DNA from: Pseudomonadota bacterium
Lineage (GTDB): Bacteria > Pseudomonadota > Gammaproteobacteria > Burkholderiales > Burkholderiaceae_D
DNA: 35,744 nt
Assembly: GCA_041174665.1 (NCBI GenBank)
Contig: JBEDGK010000050.1
Location: 1-35,744 of the forward strand
Direction: 5' to 3'
A program made the position numbers and the translations under genes. The notes beneath the pieces are model-generated. The model did no database searches and was not told the origin of the DNA. It saw only the letters and a list, made by a program, of their open reading frames with translations. Positions 32,305 through 35,744 of the stretch are shown here, in pieces (position 1 is the first letter of the stretch; the number at the start of each line of letters is the position of its first letter).

Positions 32305-34568
32305 TATTCTCTTTCCGTCAAGCTTAGCGCGGGCCGCCAATGTCCTGCACCCTGTTTGATCATTGTTGCGGTGATAACCATGACATGCCAGCCACCGCGG
32401 ACAATCGCTCTCTTGAGTAATGTGAGGAATGCGGCAATCACCCCTCGACGCCGGTGTCGACGTTCGAGATTATTGAGCAGCTGCTGGCTCGAACCATAAG
32501 GTATGGAGACGGCCGTGCGCGCCTGTTCGATGCCGCTGAAACGATAGACCAGACCCAAGGATATGTCGCCTGAGGCCAGCATCTCCATTGTCTGCAGACA
32601 TCCATACAGTTTTTGCTGCATGCCTTCGACGTGGATTTCGAAGCACTCGGCCTGCTTTAGTTGTTGCTCGGTTGCTGCGGGCAGTGTGAGCACGATACCT
32701 GCTCCGGTTGCCGACGCATCCTGCATCATGCCTTTCAGGTCAAGACCATTGTCGGTACGCAGATGGACCGGGTAACTGACGGGAGCTCGCGGATAGACTC
32801 TGCGTTGCCGGCGCTCCAGAGTCACGCCGAGCGCGCACAGAAAAAACAGGAGATCAAGCAAAGTCCATGCGCCGACAAAAACCAGCATGTCACTCAGCCC
32901 GGGCTGAGTCTCGAGACGGTAGACGGCCATTCCCAGCGCGGCAATGCTGAGCGTACAGAGCAGATAAAAAGGTGTTGCCAAGGCCGACACACAGTCTTTT
33001 TCAAGGATCTCGCCCTTCGGTGTTACTTTGAATTGCGGTGCTCGTGGATTGCGTAGCAGATTCACGATACCGGCAGTCAGATGCACCGACTGAATGACTT
33101 CATACAGATAAGAGATAAATGGCCAGCGTAGTTTTCCGTAAATGAATTGCGCGGTGAGAGTTGAGCATAGCAACGCAGGCGCGCCATAGGCGAGCACGTC
33201 GTTCACCCGGGCATCAACAAGCGGTATGTACAGCAGCAGCGACAAGATCGGCATCATCAACATCACTAGCCGGCTGATGGGAAATCCCCAGAACAAGGCA
33301 AAGTTCGTGAACAGCGCGCGCTGCATCAGGCTCAGCCCCGGCAGGCGCCAGGGATTATGAAACATGAATATCTGCCACATGCCCTGACCCCAGCGCGCAC
33401 GTTGTTGTATGAAGCCGCTGAAAGTCTCGGGCTGTAGTCCTGAGATCAGCGGCAGGTTCAGGTACGCAGTTGTATAACCCCTGGACAGTGCGCGCAGCGT
33501 TGTCTCGGCATCTTCTGTCAGCGTTTCTTGCGAAAAGCCGCCAATATCGTCAAGGGCAGCGCGTCGCAGCATGGCCGCAGAACCACAGAAAAAAGCCGAT
33601 CCCCAGGCATCCAGGCCCGGCTGAATCGTGTTGTGGAACAGGCCGTTCTCGGAGGGTGAGTGATTGAAGATCGCGAGATTGCGTTCCAGCGGGTCTGGGT
33701 TCAGGAAGTGATGCGGCGTTTGAACGAGGAACAACTTGGCATCGACAAAGAAAAACCCCAGCGTCTTTTCAACAAAATCTTCGGCGGGCACATGGTCGCA
33801 ATCAAGTACCACAATAAATTCACCTTGGGTCTGCTTTAGGGCGGCGTTCAGGTTACCTGCTTTTGCGTGCTCATTGCGTTCGCGTGTCAGGTAGCAAGCA
33901 CCGAATTGCAACGCGAGTGCTTGAATTTTTTCAGCGCGCTGACGTACCTGAGTTGCTTGGACATGTTCAGCGTTCGTGATCATCTGCCGGGTTCCACCAT
34001 CGTCGAGCACATACACCCGCAGCTTGCCGGCGGGGTAGCGCATCTGGGTGGCTGCGATCAGGGTCGAGCGTAATAGCTCTGGGTCTTCGTTATAGGTCGT
34101 GATGTAGACATCCACGGTTGGCAATGCGGAAGGATCGGTGGGCAAGGGAATCGGGCCTCGCTGCGTCTTGCGCAGGTTGGGCACGTGCCCCAGCGCGCTA
34201 ACGAGAAAGCAATAGCACTCGGCAACGAACAATAGCAGCCCGGCGCTTGCTGCCACGATGCCTAGGTGCAGCGGCAATGTCTCGGTGCCGCGCCAGATCA
34301 GATACCGCAGCGACATCGCCAGGCTGATGAAGATCATCGCGCTACGTACCACCTCATAGCCAGCGAGCGCTGGGCGATCGCGCCAGATAAGCGACAGCCC
34401 CCAGACCAGCATCAGCATCAGGCCAGATGAGAAGCATTGCTCTTCCAGCGTGGCGGGGAGAGATGCCACCCAGATCAATCCCGCTAGGCCGAGTCCTGTG
34501 CTGCATGTCGGCAGAGCATCACGAAATGAATAGGTGCCAGCGGAAAGTGCTGTTTTGGCTTTAGGCAT
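32304..34568 (-). CDS. bcsA: Cellulose synthase catalytic subunit (GT2 + PilZ)
   Basis: RYLIWR...TL, YNE, DDG, HAKAGN, DCD, QTPH, FFCGS, TED, QRARW, FKVTPK gating loop, PilZ RVYPR and DASATG. Start set at ATG 34568 because the promoter lies just upstream of 34616. Confidence 0.92.
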   Translation of the reverse strand: MPKAKTALSAGTYSFRDALPTCSTGLGLAGLIWVASLPATLEEQCFSSGLMLMLVWGLSLIWRDRPALAGYEVVRSAMIFISLAMSLRYLIWRGTETLPLHLGIVAASAGLLLFVAECYCFLVSALGHVPNLRKTQRGPIPLPTDPSALPTVDVYITTYNEDPELLRSTLIAATQMRYPAGKLRVYVLDDGGTRQMITNAEHVQATQVRQRAEKIQALALQFGACYLTRERNEHAKAGNLNAALKQTQGEFIVVLDCDHVPAEDFVEKTLGFFFVDAKLFLVQTPHHFLNPDPLERNLAIFNHSPSENGLFHNTIQPGLDAWGSAFFCGSAAMLRRAALDDIGGFSQETLTEDAETTLRALSRGYTTAYLNLPLISGLQPETFSGFIQQRARWGQGMWQIFMFHNPWRLPGLSLMQRALFTNFALFWGFPISRLVMLMMPILSLLLYIPLVDARVNDVLAYGAPALLCSTLTAQFIYGKLRWPFISYLYEVIQSVHLTAGIVNLLRNPRAPQFKVTPKGEILEKDCVSALATPFYLLCTLSIAALGMAVYRLETQPGLSDMLVFVGAWTLLDLLFFLCALGVTLERRQRRVYPRAPVSYPVHLRTDNGLDLKGMMQDASATGAGIVLTLPAATEQQLKQAECFEIHVEGMQQKLYGCLQTMEMLASGDISLGLVYRFSGIEQARTAVSIPYGSSQQLLNNLERRHRRRGVIAAFLTLLKRAIVRGGWHVMVITATMIKQGAGHWRPALSLTERE

Positions 34569-34624
34569 TTTCTTATCTGTCGGCGTGAAACCTGCGGGTG
34601 GGTGGACAAAAAGCAACTATGCGC

Positions 34625-34653
34625 ACCTTAGGAAAAGATTAATATCCTGTCAA
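34625..34653 (-). promoter_or_regulatory. Sigma70 promoter for bcsA-bcsS
   Basis: Minus strand TTGACA (34653-34648)-17 bp-TAAGGT (34630-34625). Confidence 0.65.
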
Positions 34654-34823
34654 CAAAAGAAATTGATAGTCGGTCAGTTTTATGGACCGCAAGTTCCCCA
34701 TGTAAACATTTGGATGGTCACAAAAGACCTCTTCGGGCTAACCTGATCATCGAACGGCTATGCCTGGATCATGCGGAGCGGCGTGTAATATTTCTCGAAG
34801 CAAATAAATGGCAGTATTTGTCA

Positions 34824-35234
34824 ATGGCTCAAACGCTGTTCGACAAATATGGCGGCGTGCCCGTGGTGACCCGTATCGTTCGCGATTTCTACAAGCGCGT
34901 AATGCGCCGGCCGAATTTGCGTCGCTATTTTGAAGAGGTGCGTCTGGAGCGGCTGATCCATCATCAGATTCGCTTTGTCTCCATGGCGATGGGCAAGCCC
35001 CCGTTGAATTATTCGGACGCCGGACTGCACTCGGCCCACGCTTCGAGAGGTATTACCAAGGCGTCGTTTGATTTGATCGTTGCGCTATTTATCGACGCGC
35101 TGGTGGCTGAGGATATCGAACCTGACGATACCGAGCAGATTCTCAGTGTGCTGCGCGTTTCTTTGTTTTTATCCCAAATAAAAAAGCCGCTGACTGCAAG
35201 GCAGGCCAGCGGCTTTTCCGTGTTCTGGTGGTGA
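34824..35234 (+). CDS. Group I truncated (2/2) hemoglobin with aberrant C-terminus
   Basis: TLFDKYGG, DFY (TyrB10), RYF (PheCD1), HQIRF, AH (proximal HisF8), GIT...FD. The last 25 codons are the antisense of the tRNA terminator and CCA end. Confidence 0.85.
   Translation: MAQTLFDKYGGVPVVTRIVRDFYKRVMRRPNLRRYFEEVRLERLIHHQIRFVSMAMGKPPLNYSDAGLHSAHASRGITKASFDLIVALFIDALVAEDIEPDDTEQILSVLRVSLFLSQIKKPLTARQASGFSVFWW
35176..35217 (-). terminator. Intrinsic terminator downstream of tRNA-Met
   Basis: AAAAGCCGCTG (35182-35192) / CAGCGGCTTTT (35207-35217) stem; on the minus strand it is followed by TTTTTTATTT. Confidence 0.85.
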
Positions 35235-35302
35235 TAGGTGGACTTGAACCACCGACCCCAGCATTATGAGTGCTGTGCTCTAACCAACTGAGCTATATCA
35301 CC
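35226..35302 (-). tRNA. tRNA-Met (CAT), elongator type
   Basis: GGTGATATAGCTCAGTTGGTTAGAGCACAGCACTCATAATGCTGGGGTCGGTGGTTCAAGTCCACCTATCACCACCA, 77 nt. G1-C72 paired, no 3GC anticodon stem; D and anticodon arms resemble E. coli metT. Confidence 0.95.
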
Positions 35303-35314
35303 GCGAAACCCAAG

Positions 35315-35343
35315 ATTATCGCTCCCGACCGCCTTTGTGTCAA
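35315..35343 (-). promoter_or_regulatory. Sigma70 promoter of tRNA-Met
   Basis: TTGACA (35343-35338)-17 bp-GATAAT (35320-35315); the -35 box overlaps the miaA stop codon. Confidence 0.7.
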
Positions 35344-35689
35344 CCGAGGCGGGAACTCAGCACGGCAAGCATCTGCCCTGCCGGCTGATCACACAGGCAA
35401 TCAATCACGATGCGATTGTCCATGCCACGCAGCCAGGTCAGCTGGCGCTTGGCTAGCTGCCGGGTGGCGGCGATCCCTTTTTCGCGCAGCGCAGTTTTGT
35501 CGATTTTTCCATCGAGGTACTCCCAGGCCTGCCGGTAGCCCACGCAGCGTATCGAGGGTAGGCCAGGATGCAGATCGCCACGCGCGCGAAGCGCGGCAAC
35601 CTCCTCAAGCAAGCCCGGCGTCGAAGACAGCATGCCATCGAAGCGGTGAGTGATGCGCTGGTGCAGCGCGCTCCGGTCCGAGGGTTCAA
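35340..35689 (-). CDS. miaA: tRNA dimethylallyltransferase, 3' part only
   Basis: [20 protein letters not shown]...GLLEEV..L...[10 protein letters not shown]...[12 protein letters not shown]. Confidence 0.93.
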
Positions 35690-35744
35690 AGGAAGTCCTT
35701 CCGTTCGAGTTGATCTCCTTTGCCCTTGAACCCTCGGACCGGAG
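35671..35744. other. Terminal fold-back (inverted duplication of miaA sequence), probable assembly or library artefact
   Basis: 35726-35744 is the exact reverse complement of 35671-35689. The plus strand from about 35689 reads [18 protein letters not shown], i.e. upstream miaA sequence on the opposite strand. Confidence 0.8.

Noticed and set aside
34648-34680. FNR or FleQ box in the bcsA-globin spacer (GTCAA...TTGAT...GTCAG)
   Set aside because: Spacing does not fit TTGAT-N4-ATCAA or the FleQ consensus; TGTCAA is explained as the bcsA -35 box.
34700-34780. c-di-GMP-I riboswitch-like text upstream of the globin (GTAAAC...GGTCACAAAAGACCTCTTCGGGCTAACC...GGCTATGCCTG)
   Set aside because: It resembles the CAAA...CTAA/TATG pattern but lacks the GNRA-capped P2 stem and a closing P1, and it faces away from bcsA. 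An Infernal scan with the c-di-GMP-I model would settle it.
35226-35302. tRNA-Ile2 (lysidine) or initiator tRNA-fMet
   Set aside because: Paired 1-72 and no GGG/CCC anticodon stem exclude fMet; the arms resemble elongator Met more than Ile2.

Overview
Chromosomal window of a betaproteobacterium; gene order and protein sequences suggest Burkholderiales, probably Oxalobacteraceae (inference). About 85% is conserved housekeeping: purB, gst, bfd-bfr, mnmA-NUDIX, a split transhydrogenase operon with panD inside it (pntAA-panD-pntAB-pntB), amgK-murU-pepP-ubiH, lptD-surA-pdxA-rsmA, gloA, miaB-phoH-ybeY-corC-lnt-glyQS-gmhB-plsC-ygjP, an elongator tRNA-Met and the 3' part of miaA. The unusual parts are: (1) a ~3.9 kb slot between tRNA-Met and miaB holding a two-gene bcsA-bcsS unit (alphaproteobacterial-type cellulose synthase with no bcsB/Z/C/K in the window) divergent from a group I truncated hemoglobin whose 3' end runs into the tRNA terminator; (2) a frameshifted Rpn-family nuclease whose internally initiated C-terminal protein (RpnS-like) is intact; (3) a 359-bp bfd-bfr spacer with Fur-box-like palindromes and mutually exclusive hairpins; (4) five CGTC-type REP palindromes with compensatory stem changes. 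The last ~55 bases look like a fold-back assembly artefact. All calls come from motif recognition by eye; no searches were run.
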